Shown here one piece after another: positions 49,974-59,270 of a DNA stretch of 64,000 bases. The notes under the pieces are model-generated. The model made no database searches, had not been told where the DNA came from, and worked only from the letters and a program-made list of their open reading frames with translations. A program made the translations under genes and the position numbers. This DNA is from Ignavibacterium sp. (GTDB lineage: Bacteria > Bacteroidota > Ignavibacteria > UBA10030): the NCBI GenBank assembly GCA_039961715.1, contig JABRVW010000067.1:18396-82395 (forward strand). Reading direction: 5' to 3'. Position 1 is the first letter of the stretch; each line of letters begins with the position of its first letter.

Positions 49974-51032
49974 TTGAATATACTTCAATATCAGAGGAAA
50001 GTCAATCAATCCAAGGAACGTACGATCGAGGAGCGGGCAATCAACGACACGGATCGCACAGTTGCCGTCACGGGGGGAACGGGCTTCATTGGAAGCCACA
50101 CCGTGGAGGCACTGCTTGCCCGCGGATACAAGGTTCGCTGTCTTGTACGGCCGGGCCGCATGACGCTGGGGTGGCTCGAAGGCCTCCCGGCACAGTTCAC
50201 ACACGTGAACCTGTTCGATCAAAGCGCGGTCCGTTCTGCTCTCGAGGGCTGTAATGCGGTTGTGCACATTGCCGGAGTGACCCGCGCGCGGCGCCGAGCC
50301 GATTTCTTTCGGGGGAACGTTGATAGTACACGCACAGTGCTGGCCGCAAGCCGCGATGCCGGAACCGTGCGTTCCTTCTGTTACATCAGCAGTCTCACGG
50401 CCGCCGGTCCTAGCCCTGCCTCCACTCCAGCGACGGAAGATTCTCCATGCCGTCCCATCACCGCGTATGGCGCCTCGAAGCTCGAAGCTGAGCGCGTGTG
50501 CAGGTCGTTTGAAGATGCCTTTCGAGTGATGATTCTTCGACCCCCGGCCGTTTATGGGCCCAGAGACGGCGATATCCTGCACATGTTTCGGTGGATCAAA
50601 TTCGGCTTTGTGCCCGTCATGGGCCCGCGCGACAAGATGCTCAGCGTGATCTACGTGACGGAGCTCGCACGGGCAATTGTCTGCACGCTTGAATCGGCTC
50701 CCGCGGGATCGACGTATTTTGTCGGCGACCCGGAGCCCTACGCCTACTCCGCGTTGGCCGGAATCGCGGCATCATTGCTGGAAAAGAAGACGCACAACCT
50801 TCCGATTCCCGCTCCTCTCGTTTATCTCGTCGGGGCCGCCACCCAAGCCATTTCCTGGCTGCTTCCACAGCCGTCGGTCGTCAATATCGACAAAGTCCGC
50901 GACCTGCTGGCCGCACATTGGATTTGCAGTACCGGGAAGATTCGACGGGAACTCGGTTTCACACCGGCGATTCAGGCAGAGGAAGGGCTTCGAAGGACGT
51001 TGGCCTGGTACAAGGAGAAGGGCTGGTTGTAG
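49974..51032 (+). CDS. NAD-dependent epimerase/dehydratase family (extended SDR) protein
   Basis: VAVTGGTGFIGSH Rossmann motif and catalytic YGASK (YxxxK). The only in-frame canonical starts before the Rossmann motif and outside the divergent Spt-like CDS are the TTGs at 49956 and 49974, so the start is uncertain. The upstream part of the track ORF overlaps the Spt-like gene on the other strand. Confidence 0.75.
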   Translation: MNILQYQRKVNQSKERTIEERAINDTDRTVAVTGGTGFIGSHTVEALLARGYKVRCLVRPGRMTLGWLEGLPAQFTHVNLFDQSAVRSALEGCNAVVHIAGVTRARRRADFFRGNVDSTRTVLAASRDAGTVRSFCYISSLTAAGPSPASTPATEDSPCRPITAYGASKLEAERVCRSFEDAFRVMILRPPAVYGPRDGDILHMFRWIKFGFVPVMGPRDKMLSVIYVTELARAIVCTLESAPAGSTYFVGDPEPYAYSALAGIAASLLEKKTHNLPIPAPLVYLVGAATQAISWLLPQPSVVNIDKVRDLLAAHWICSTGKIRRELGFTPAIQAEEGLRRTLAWYKEKGWL

Positions 51033-51066
51033 GGAAAGGGATTTTCATTCAATTCCTACCTGCCTG

Positions 51067-52053
51067 TCAGAAAAGCGGAATTGTGAATTCGTAGACGAGG
51101 GCGGCCACTGCGGCGGCGACCGGAATTGTCAGCACCCAGGCCACCACGATCCTTCCGGCAACGCCCCACCGCACTGCAGACAAACGGCGCGTGGAACCGA
51201 CACCCATGATCGCTCCCGCGATCGTGTGTGTTGTGCTGACGGGGATTCCTGCCAGGGCCGTCCCCAAAAGAACGAACGCACCGCCGGTCTCTGCACAGAA
51301 TCCCCCGACAGGCCGCAGATGCGTCAGCTTCACGCCCATTGTGCGAATGACTTTCCAACCACCCACCAGCGTGCCCAAGCCAATCGCCACGTGCGCAGAG
51401 AGAATGACCCACATCGGCACCATGAACTCGCTGAGATAACCGCCCGAGTAAAGCAAAACTGCGATAATCCCCATGGTTTTTTGTGCGTCATTCGTTCCGT
51501 GACCCAGGCTATACGCTGCCGAGGAGACGAGCTGACCGACCCTGAAAAACTTGTCGACAGTCCGGCCGGGGAAGTTCCGCGCCAACCACGTCACGATAAT
51601 CATCAGGCTGAAGCCCATGACCAGGCCGATGATCGGGGCAAGGAAGATGAACACTGTCACTTTGGTAATCCCCGCCGCGTTCAGCGCGTCCAGGCCGCCT
51701 TCCATCAGCCCCGCCCCGGCCAATCCGCCAATGAGGGCGTGTGAAACGCTGATCGGAAAACCGTACCGCGTGCACAGGTGGGTCCAGAGGATTGCTCCGC
51801 TCAGCGCAGCAAGGATCACATGATGCGTAACGATTTCAGGATCAATGATCCCGCGGCCGATCGTGTTTGCCACGGCCACGCCGAATCCAAAAGCCGCCAC
51901 AAAGTTGAAAAAGGCCGCCCAGATGACGGCCATGCGGGGCGATAACACCCGCGTGGATACCACTGTCGCAATGGAATTGGCGGCATCATTCATTCCATTG
52001 AGAAAATCAAACAACAACGCGACGGCAATAAGGAAAACGGTCAGAGTCAGCAT
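51067..52053 (-). CDS. Inorganic phosphate transporter, PiT family
   Basis: FLNGMNDAANSIAT and HGTNDAQKTMG signature pair; polytopic membrane protein. Confidence 0.92.
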   Translation of the reverse strand: MLTLTVFLIAVALLFDFLNGMNDAANSIATVVSTRVLSPRMAVIWAAFFNFVAAFGFGVAVANTIGRGIIDPEIVTHHVILAALSGAILWTHLCTRYGFPISVSHALIGGLAGAGLMEGGLDALNAAGITKVTVFIFLAPIIGLVMGFSLMIIVTWLARNFPGRTVDKFFRVGQLVSSAAYSLGHGTNDAQKTMGIIAVLLYSGGYLSEFMVPMWVILSAHVAIGLGTLVGGWKVIRTMGVKLTHLRPVGGFCAETGGAFVLLGTALAGIPVSTTHTIAGAIMGVGSTRRLSAVRWGVAGRIVVAWVLTIPVAAAVAALVYEFTIPLF

Positions 52054-52080
52054 GGACGGTTTGGCGGTTGAATCGGAGGT

Positions 52081-52728
52081 TCAGGCATGCTTGATCACGA
52101 TGCCCTCAAGGACATTGGCCACATCTTCACACTTGTCCGTCGCGGTCTCCAGGCCGACGTAGATTTCCTTCAATTTGATGATCGTGATCGGATTTTTCTC
52201 CCGCTTGAAGAGATCCGCAACGGTCTGGTCGAAGATGGTGTCCGCGTCATTTTCATACTGGTTGACGCGCTGAAACACCTCTTCAAGCCGCTCCGTGTCA
52301 TGCAGATTCCGCATCAGGCCAATCCCGCGATGGAGCTCGACGATCGAAAGGTGAAGGACGTCGCAAAGACGGATCATGGGGGCCGGCACCTTCCGGATGT
52401 CGTACAGGACAAACCGCTGGGCACTGCCGTCGATATGATCCAGAATGTCATCGAGGGCCGAGGCGAGAAGATGAATATCCTCACGATCGAGCGCGGTCAC
52501 AAAGGTCGCGTTCAATTGAGAGAACACTTTGTGCGTGATCGTATCGCCGCGATGTTCGCGGTCCTTGATCTCTTCCACGATCCGTCTTTGATTCTTTCTG
52601 TCCGCGGTGGCCGCGAGCTTCTTCAGCAGCTCCGAGGCACTGACGAGATTCTGGGTGGACTCCTCAAGCATCGCGAAGAATTTGTCGTCGCGGGGCAGGA
52701 GTTTTCTGATGAATTGGTCGAATTTCAT
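52081..52728 (-). CDS. DUF47 / PhoU-like phosphate transport regulator (TIGR00153 type)
   Basis: 215-aa helical protein immediately upstream of the PiT gene, the standard pairing. Confidence 0.85.
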   Translation of the reverse strand: MKFDQFIRKLLPRDDKFFAMLEESTQNLVSASELLKKLAATADRKNQRRIVEEIKDREHRGDTITHKVFSQLNATFVTALDREDIHLLASALDDILDHIDGSAQRFVLYDIRKVPAPMIRLCDVLHLSIVELHRGIGLMRNLHDTERLEEVFQRVNQYENDADTIFDQTVADLFKREKNPITIIKLKEIYVGLETATDKCEDVANVLEGIVIKHA

Positions 52729-52735
52729 GGGAAGG

Positions 52736-54496
52736 TCACGATTGGTACTGAGTGGTTGAATTCAGACTCCGCGCAAGCCGTGCGTGCTCGTCGCGAATTG
52801 CCGGGGGAAGCTTATCCCCGAACTTCCGGAAAAACGCCGACATCTCCTCCGCCTCCCCACGCCAGCCTTCGCGATCAAGGGCAGTCAGGGCCCTCATCTG
52901 ATCGCGGCTTACGCTGAGCCCGTGAATGTCGATCGATCCGTCCTCGGGCAAATGACCGATGAAGGTCTCCCGCGCGCCTGTTTTTCCCTGAAGACGCTCG
53001 AGGATCCATTTGAGGACCCTGATGTTTTCTCCGAATCCCGGCCAGATGAATTTTCCATTCTCTCCTTTACGGAACCAGTTGACGCGGAAAATTGCAGGCG
53101 GATGTTTCAGGGCTCGACCCATCGTCAGCCAGTGCGAAAAATATTCCGCCATGTCATAGGCGCAGAAGGGCAGCATGGCCATCGGGTCTCTTCGCACCAC
53201 GCCCACCTTCCCTGTGGCCGCGGCGGTTGTCTCCGCCCCCATGCCCGCACCCATAAAGACGCCATGTTCCCAGCTTAGCGCCTCTGTGACCAGAGGAATC
53301 AGCGTTGAGCGGCGCGAGCCGAAAAGAATCGCCGAAATCGGCACGCCGCGCGGGTTCTCCCAATCGGGATCAATGATCGGACACTGACGGGCCGGAACCG
53401 TGAAGCGGGAATTCGGATGCGCCGCCGGTCCCGTCCCATCCCACACCGTTCCGCGCCAATTCAACAGCCCGCCCGGAGGAGGCGTCCCCATCCCCTCCCA
53501 CCAGGGACGGCCATCCGGAGTCATGGCAACGTTTGTAAAGATCGTGTTCTTTTCGATGGTGTGCATCGCCACCGGATTCGTGCTGACACTTGTTCCCGGC
53601 GCGACACCAAAGAATCCTGCCTCCGGATTGATCGCGCGCAAGCGTCCTTCCTCGTCGATTCTCAGCCACGCGATGTCATCCCCCACGGTCCACACCTTGT
53701 ACCCCTCGGTCTCAAGCGCCGAAACCATCATGGCAAGATTTGTCTTTCCCGACGCGCTCGGGAATGCAGCCGCCATGTAGGTCTTGCCTCCGGACGGATC
53801 CTGAAGGCCGAGGATCAGCATGTGCTCGGCCATCCATCCCTGTTCACGGGCCATCCAGCTGGCAATGCGCAGGGCAAAGCACTTCTTGCCCAGCAGGGCA
53901 TTGCCGCCGTATCCTGATCCGATGCTCCAGATCAACCGCTCTTCCGGAAAATGCAGAATAAAACGACGGTCGGGCGAAAGATCCCCCAGGGAATGCAGGC
54001 CGGGAACGAATTCATCAGATGTTTTCAGCTGATCGAGGGCGGGTTTGCCGACCCTCGTCATCAGAAACATGCTTGCAGCCACATACGGGCTGTCCGTCAC
54101 CTCGACTCCGACCTTGCTGGACGGTGAACCCACGGGGCCCATCAGATACGGGATGACGTACATCGTCCTCCCCTTCATGCTTCCCTCAAAGAGCTTCCCG
54201 ACCCTGGTCTTTGCCTCCGACGGGCTCATCCAGTTGTTGTTGGGGCCCGCGGCCTCCCGCGTTCGTGTGCAGATGTAAGTCAGGTTTTCGGTTCTCGCAA
54301 CGTCGTTCGGATCGCTTCGATGAAGATACGAATCGGGATACAATTGCTCGTTCAGCCGAATCAGGGTCCCATCACGTACCATCACTTCAATCAGGTTCGA
54401 GTATTCCTCCGGTGTTCCGTTACACCAGACCGTATCCTTCGGTCGAGTCAAGCCGGCAACGTCCTCGACCCATCGTTCAACGCTGTTCAAAGACAC
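52736..54496 (-). CDS. pckG: Phosphoenolpyruvate carboxykinase (GTP)
   Basis: 586 aa. FPSASGKTNLAM kinase-1a loop and GTP-PEPCK-type sequence throughout. GTG start. Confidence 0.95.
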   Translation of the reverse strand: MSLNSVERWVEDVAGLTRPKDTVWCNGTPEEYSNLIEVMVRDGTLIRLNEQLYPDSYLHRSDPNDVARTENLTYICTRTREAAGPNNNWMSPSEAKTRVGKLFEGSMKGRTMYVIPYLMGPVGSPSSKVGVEVTDSPYVAASMFLMTRVGKPALDQLKTSDEFVPGLHSLGDLSPDRRFILHFPEERLIWSIGSGYGGNALLGKKCFALRIASWMAREQGWMAEHMLILGLQDPSGGKTYMAAAFPSASGKTNLAMMVSALETEGYKVWTVGDDIAWLRIDEEGRLRAINPEAGFFGVAPGTSVSTNPVAMHTIEKNTIFTNVAMTPDGRPWWEGMGTPPPGGLLNWRGTVWDGTGPAAHPNSRFTVPARQCPIIDPDWENPRGVPISAILFGSRRSTLIPLVTEALSWEHGVFMGAGMGAETTAAATGKVGVVRRDPMAMLPFCAYDMAEYFSHWLTMGRALKHPPAIFRVNWFRKGENGKFIWPGFGENIRVLKWILERLQGKTGARETFIGHLPEDGSIDIHGLSVSRDQMRALTALDREGWRGEAEEMSAFFRKFGDKLPPAIRDEHARLARSLNSTTQYQS

Positions 54497-54513
54497 TCAA
54501 AGACTCCTTGTTG

Positions 54514-55158
54514 TCATAATCTGCTCTGCCACTGCCGTACCCTCGAGGCATCGATCAGCACCAGGTCCCCCGAGACTACGCTCGGAATCGGGTCCGGATA
54601 ATAGCGCTGACAGCACGCGTATGCCTCCAGGCTCGCCATGTTCCAGTACGACGGGCATGAAGCGCAATGAATGTTGTTTCCGCTCAGATAAAAATCCGTC
54701 GAGCCGCAATGCTCGCTCCGGCTCATGGCGGTCACGAGTTTTCCCTGCGGCGTTACATAAGCAATGAGCGGGGTTTCCTGAATCCGCTCCGGATCGAAGA
54801 ACCGGACCAGCTTGTGTTCCTGCACGAGACGCAACGGCACGGCGATCTTGCCGTCCTTCATCGAAGCCTCGACAGGCGTGCTGCGGATCTGCTCATCACG
54901 GTACATTGTGACCAGCGCAACGGTCGGTTGTGCCTCGATCACCGGGTGAAACGTTCTGAGCAGCTGGTTCAGATAAATCGCAATGCCGACGACGAGCACA
55001 ACCGTCAGCGCGCCGCGCACAACCCACTGCTTTGCGGTGAGGGCGGTCCGTGCCGGCGCCGTCGGGGCTTCAGCCTTCTGAAGACTGATGCTCGAACCGC
55101 ATGTGGGGCAGAACCTCACCTCCTGGGAAGTCTCCGATCCGCATCGTTTGCACTGCAT
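54514..55158 (-). CDS. Zinc-ribbon + single TM + Cys-rich DUF2318-like domain protein
   Basis: Start re-picked to the ATG at 55158 (MQCKRCGSETSQEVRFCPTCG), with AGGAGGAGG upstream. One TM helix. C-terminal HCGS...HCASCPSYW...ACCQRYYP cysteine cluster. Confidence 0.6.
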   Translation of the reverse strand: MQCKRCGSETSQEVRFCPTCGSSISLQKAEAPTAPARTALTAKQWVVRGALTVVLVVGIAIYLNQLLRTFHPVIEAQPTVALVTMYRDEQIRSTPVEASMKDGKIAVPLRLVQEHKLVRFFDPERIQETPLIAYVTPQGKLVTAMSRSEHCGSTDFYLSGNNIHCASCPSYWNMASLEAYACCQRYYPDPIPSVVSGDLVLIDASRVRQWQSRL

Positions 55159-55181
55159 CGTATTCTCCTCCTCCTGACTCT

Positions 55182-56366
55182 TTATACAGCCGGCATCGAT
55201 TGCCGGATGGATTGCGGTTGCGTCCGCCCTCCATCCTCTCCTATCATGGCTTCGATTTCCCGCACGATCTTCTCGACCTCCTCCGCTGACGGTCGAAGGA
55301 TCGTGACATGACCCATTTTCCTCTTCGGCTCGCTTCTCTTTTTCCCATACAGATGCACCTTCACGCCCGGAATCCTGCTTGCCGCCTCGATGTCGATCCG
55401 CTCCAGATGCTTCCCCAGCAGGTTCACCATCGCACAGGGGGTAAGCAGGCGGGGGAGCGGAACAGCGAGCCGGCAGACACAACGAACGAGGGCCTCAAAC
55501 TGCGAGAGCGAACAGGCATCGAGGGAAAAATGTCCGGAATTATGAGGCCGCGGGGCGAGTTCGTTGACCAGGAGCTTCCTTTCCCGCGTGACAAACATTT
55601 CAACGCACAGCACCCCCACCATATCGAAGTGATCGATAATCGCGGTCCCAAGCCCCACCGCCTCCGTGCGGAGATCCTCGGATATTCCGGCAGGCACGCG
55701 AGAGACGTGAAGGATGTTCTCGCGATGCTCGTTCTCGATCACCGGAAATGTGGTGACGTTTCCATCACCGCTTCGGACGGCAATAACGGAGATTTCGCGA
55801 TCGAGGTTCAGAAAGCGTTCAACAACGCACTCGGGAAATCTGCCGGCATAGGAGCGGCAGAGGGCCGTCACGTCCGCCTGCGTTCGAAGCACACTCTGCC
55901 CTTTTCCGTCGTAGCCGGCCGTGACGGTCTTCACCACGACGGGAAAGCCAAGGCGTTTGATGCTCTCGTCAAGCTCCTTTTCGTTTCGCGCAGACGCATG
56001 GGGAACTACAGGAAAGCCTGCTCTTTGCAGGGATTCTTTTTCGTTCTTCCGATGCCGGGCAATTCTGAGAATTCTGCTTCCGGGAAAAACGGGCTTGAGC
56101 TTCTCGACGACTTCGACCGTGCCGGGATCGATGTTTTCAAATTCGTACGTCACGACATCCGACGCGCCCGCCAGCTTCTTCGCAGCATCAGGATCAGCAA
56201 AGGATGAGGTAATGACGGTGTCGGCAGGCCTTGCCGCGGGGCAATCCGGATCCGGATCCCAGATCACGGTACGATATCCCATCCGATGCGCTTCGCGGAC
56301 TGTCATCATGCCGAGTTGCCCACCGCCAATAATGCCAATCGTCGATGACGGCAAAAGTGTCCTCAT
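55182..56366 (-). CDS. purK: N5-carboxyaminoimidazole ribonucleotide synthase
   Basis: [12 protein letters not shown] and ATP-grasp pattern. ATGA overlap with the purE stop. Confidence 0.93.
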   Translation of the reverse strand: MRTLLPSSTIGIIGGGQLGMMTVREAHRMGYRTVIWDPDPDCPAARPADTVITSSFADPDAAKKLAGASDVVTYEFENIDPGTVEVVEKLKPVFPGSRILRIARHRKNEKESLQRAGFPVVPHASARNEKELDESIKRLGFPVVVKTVTAGYDGKGQSVLRTQADVTALCRSYAGRFPECVVERFLNLDREISVIAVRSGDGNVTTFPVIENEHRENILHVSRVPAGISEDLRTEAVGLGTAIIDHFDMVGVLCVEMFVTRERKLLVNELAPRPHNSGHFSLDACSLSQFEALVRCVCRLAVPLPRLLTPCAMVNLLGKHLERIDIEAASRIPGVKVHLYGKKRSEPKRKMGHVTILRPSAEEVEKIVREIEAMIGEDGGRTQPQSIRQSMPAV

Positions 56367-56908
56367 ACCTTTGAAGCAAGGGCCTTTTGTTCGAGTTCCT
56401 TGCGGTATGCGGCAAGTTTCTCCGCATACTCGGGCCGGCGAAGGGCGAGGATTCTGATGGCGAGGAGCGCGGCGTTGGCCGCCCCGTCGATGGCAACCGT
56501 GGCCACCGGTACTCCGGAAGGCATTTGAACAATGGAGAGGAGGGAATCCAGTCCGCCCAATGACCGGGACTTCACCGGTACGCCGATGACGGGGAGAATC
56601 GTCTTGGAGGCAACCATGCCGGGGAGATGGGCGGCTCCTCCTGCTGCAGCGATAATGACCTCCAGACCGCGTTCCGCAGCGTTCTCGGCATAAGAGAACA
56701 TCCGATCAGGCGTGCGGTGTGCGGAAACAACGAGGAACTCAAATGGAACGCCGAATTCCTTCAAAATGGTCCGTGCGGGCTCAAGATGCTCCGCATCCGA
56801 CGAACTGCCCATGATAACGCCCACAAGGGGCCGGCCGGCGTTCGGCTTGGCAGATGAATGTGACTTGGTGTTCTTGGACAAAGGTCGTTCGGGAAATGGG
56901 AGACTCAA
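56363..56908 (-). CDS. purE: N5-carboxyaminoimidazole ribonucleotide mutase
   Basis: [30 protein letters not shown]. Track start is a TTG, so the N-terminus is uncertain. Confidence 0.92.
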   Translation of the reverse strand: MSLPFPERPLSKNTKSHSSAKPNAGRPLVGVIMGSSSDAEHLEPARTILKEFGVPFEFLVVSAHRTPDRMFSYAENAAERGLEVIIAAAGGAAHLPGMVASKTILPVIGVPVKSRSLGGLDSLLSIVQMPSGVPVATVAIDGAANAALLAIRILALRRPEYAEKLAAYRKELEQKALASKV

Positions 56909-56932
56909 AGATACAAAACACTTCCCAAAAAT

Positions 56933-57691
56933 CTAAAGCATTTTTTTGGACTTTTTGGCGGGCGTACGGGGGGCGGATTGGTGCAAGGCCTGCGCGAGAC
57001 GGTTGGCGATCAGTGCCGCCGTGGCTCCGGCACCAAACCCGTTATCGATGTTCACGACGGTCAGGCCGGGTGCACAGGACTGAAGCATGGTCATCAAGGC
57101 GGCCTCTCCTCTGCCCCCGTATCCGTACCCCACGCTGGTGGGCACGCCGATGACAGGCACGGCGACGAGACTCCGAACAACGGTTGGCAGGGCGCCTTCC
57201 ATCCCGGCAACAGCAACCACTGCAGCGGCGTCATGTTTCCGGATCTCCTCCAGAGGAGAAACAAGCCGGTGAATTCCGGCAACTCCGACGTCATAGAACG
57301 TCAGGACTCTGCACCCCATCATTTCCGCCGTTACCCGCGCTTCCTCGGCCACGGGGACATCGGATGTTCCCGCCGCAAGCACTGCGATCGTTCCACCGGA
57401 AACCGGCGCCGTCCATCCGGGCCGGCTTGCCGTGACGACTCGCGCCGATTCGTAATAGCGGAGAGTCCCTTGATCCCCCAGTCGCTTTCGAATTTCTGTA
57501 AAGACCTCCGGAGACACTCTACTCGCCATGGCTGCGCCTGTCCTGGCAACCATCCGTTCGATGATCAACACAACCTGTTCCACGGTCTTTCCCTCGGCAA
57601 GGATCACCTCCGGTATTCCCGTGCGTTCCTTCCGTACATAGTCCAGATTGGCAAAGTTGTCAAGCATGTCCCTGGTTTCATGAGGTTTCAT
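56933..57691 (-). CDS. larB: LarB-like pyridinium-3,5-biscarboxylic acid mononucleotide synthase (PurE-fold, nickel-pincer cofactor pathway)
   Basis: Start re-picked to the ATG at 57691 (MKPHETRDMLDNFANLDYVRKERTGIPEVILAEGKT), about 252 aa. PurE-like core AVLAAGTSDVPVAEEA ... VAGMEGALP. Overlaps the sua5 3' end by 14 nt. Confidence 0.8.
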   Translation of the reverse strand: MKPHETRDMLDNFANLDYVRKERTGIPEVILAEGKTVEQVVLIIERMVARTGAAMASRVSPEVFTEIRKRLGDQGTLRYYESARVVTASRPGWTAPVSGGTIAVLAAGTSDVPVAEEARVTAEMMGCRVLTFYDVGVAGIHRLVSPLEEIRKHDAAAVVAVAGMEGALPTVVRSLVAVPVIGVPTSVGYGYGGRGEAALMTMLQSCAPGLTVVNIDNGFGAGATAALIANRLAQALHQSAPRTPAKKSKKML

Positions 57692-58703
57692 TGGCTGCCT
57701 CCGAAGCTTTCCGAAGCCTGTCCATGACGGCCGTTCCGAGTCCCTGTTCCGCGACCTCCTCCACGAGAATGATGTCAACGCCTTCCTGATCGAGTTCTCT
57801 GAAAGTTCGGAACAGGTGCCTCGCGTAGAAATCGATGGGGGTCGGCAGAACACGGAACAGGCTTCCTGTTTCCACTCGTGCCATCTCCCGCGAATGCACA
57901 ATGCAGGCGACCGATTTCCCCTGCTGGCGCAGCTCCCCCAGGAGTTGGCCAAGCATGTCAGCGTTTCCTTCGGCAACCAGCAATACCCGTGCTCGTGGAG
58001 CATAATGCCGGTGAACCGTGCCGGGCGACCGTTTCAATTGCTCTCTTGTGGTGGCAAGGGAAACCGGACCGACGATGTCTTCCAGGCTTTCCTTGTGAAT
58101 GCCGCCGGGGCGGAGAATCAAGGGCGGATCGACTGTTACATCGACCACCGTGGATTCGATGCCGATTTCAACCGGGCCGGCATCCAGCACCATGTCGATC
58201 CTGCCTCTCAGATCCTCCAGCACATGGAGGGCAGTGGTTGGGCTTGGCCTCCCGGACAGGTTTGCGCTTGGACCGACGATTCCACCGTTGAACTCCTTGA
58301 TCAACGCCAGGGCAACCGGATGATCCGGCATGCGTACGGCCACAGTATCCATTCCCCCCGTAGCAACTGTCGGGACAAGAAACGTCTTCCTGACAACGAG
58401 CGTCAACGGTCCGGGCCAGAATTCCTTGCCGAGCTTCAGGCCTTTTTCCGGAATCTCGTCCGCAAGATCGATCAATTGATTCCGGTCGGCAATATGGACG
58501 ATAAGGGGATTTTCCTGTGGTCTGCCCTTTGCCGCAAAGACCTTTTTCACAGCCTCCTCGTTCAGCGCATCCGCTCCCAGGCCATACACCGTTTCCGTCG
58601 GAAAGGCGACCAGCCCGCCCTTCCGGAGGATCTCCGCTGCATCGGCAATAATGCGCGGATCAGGAGCGTCGGAGGAGAGAAGCTCGAACCTGGTCTCAAG
58701 CAC
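57678..58703 (-). CDS. tsaC: L-threonylcarbamoyladenylate synthase, long Sua5 form
   Basis: VAFPTETVYGLGADA and a YrdC domain plus Sua5 C-terminal domain (341 aa). GTG start. Confidence 0.92.
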   Translation of the reverse strand: MLETRFELLSSDAPDPRIIADAAEILRKGGLVAFPTETVYGLGADALNEEAVKKVFAAKGRPQENPLIVHIADRNQLIDLADEIPEKGLKLGKEFWPGPLTLVVRKTFLVPTVATGGMDTVAVRMPDHPVALALIKEFNGGIVGPSANLSGRPSPTTALHVLEDLRGRIDMVLDAGPVEIGIESTVVDVTVDPPLILRPGGIHKESLEDIVGPVSLATTREQLKRSPGTVHRHYAPRARVLLVAEGNADMLGQLLGELRQQGKSVACIVHSREMARVETGSLFRVLPTPIDFYARHLFRTFRELDQEGVDIILVEEVAEQGLGTAVMDRLRKASEAANETS

Positions 58704-58719
58704 GGGTGGTTAATGGTTG

Positions 58720-58782
58720 ACGATTTACGATTTACGATTTACGATTTACGATTTACTATGGACGATGGACAATCGACGATTC
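58720..58782. repeat. Phased heptamer tandem array (ACGATTT)x5 followed by four degenerate heptads
   Basis: Five perfect ACGATTT copies (58720-58754), then ACTATGG ACGATGG ACAATCG ACGATTC in the same 7-nt phase. Fills the paaD-sua5 spacer. Confidence 0.9.
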
Positions 58783-58783
58783 A

Positions 58784-59269
58784 TTATAACGGTTTAAACC
58801 TCTCAAAACTCTGCCGACAGGAGTTGCAGAGGTAGTACTGTTTGCAGAGCGTGCTTCCGAACTCGCCGTCGGGATGCGTATCCAGAGATTGACAGAACGG
58901 GCAGGGGACGGGCTTTGAGAGCGTTTCTTGGAGGGAGTCGGCCTTCCGGGGCGGAGGGGCAATGCCAAAGGTACGAAGTTTGTCGGCGGCCTCCCGGGAC
59001 AAGTTCTCAGTACTCCACGCGGCGGTCCGATCCACCTGCACGCTGACGTCTCCGAATCCCATCTCCGCAAGTCTCCGCTCCACGTCGCGCCTCATCGCTT
59101 CCATCGCCGGACATCCGGCGAAGGTCGGAACAAGGCGTACGTTCACCGAGGAGCCGTCGACCGTCACTTCGCGGACCACGTTCAGGTCAACAAGAGAAAG
59201 TACGGGGATTTCCGGATCCTGAACCTGTGCCAGGGCTTTCCAGACATCTTCTGTGGTATGGTGAGACAT
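58784..59269 (-). CDS. paaD: Phenylacetyl-CoA epoxidase subunit PaaD-like (DUF59 + C-terminal zinc ribbon)
   Basis: Start re-picked to MSHHTTEDVWKALAQVQDPEIPVLSLVDLN. C-terminal CPFC...CNSC. Confidence 0.85.
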   Translation of the reverse strand: MSHHTTEDVWKALAQVQDPEIPVLSLVDLNVVREVTVDGSSVNVRLVPTFAGCPAMEAMRRDVERRLAEMGFGDVSVQVDRTAAWSTENLSREAADKLRTFGIAPPPRKADSLQETLSKPVPCPFCQSLDTHPDGEFGSTLCKQYYLCNSCRQSFERFKPL

Positions 59270-59270
59270 T

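Noticed and set aside
48699-51032. Reading the AOS + SDR pair as kbl + SDR-type L-threonine dehydrogenase.
   Set aside because: The AOS blocks STGY and GTFSK..GGFVVG look Spt-like rather than Kbl-like. The SDR has GGTGFIGSH rather than the GAxGQIG start I recall for SDR-type TDH. This is not fully excluded without phylogeny, so it is kept as the refutation test of the ceramide hypothesis.
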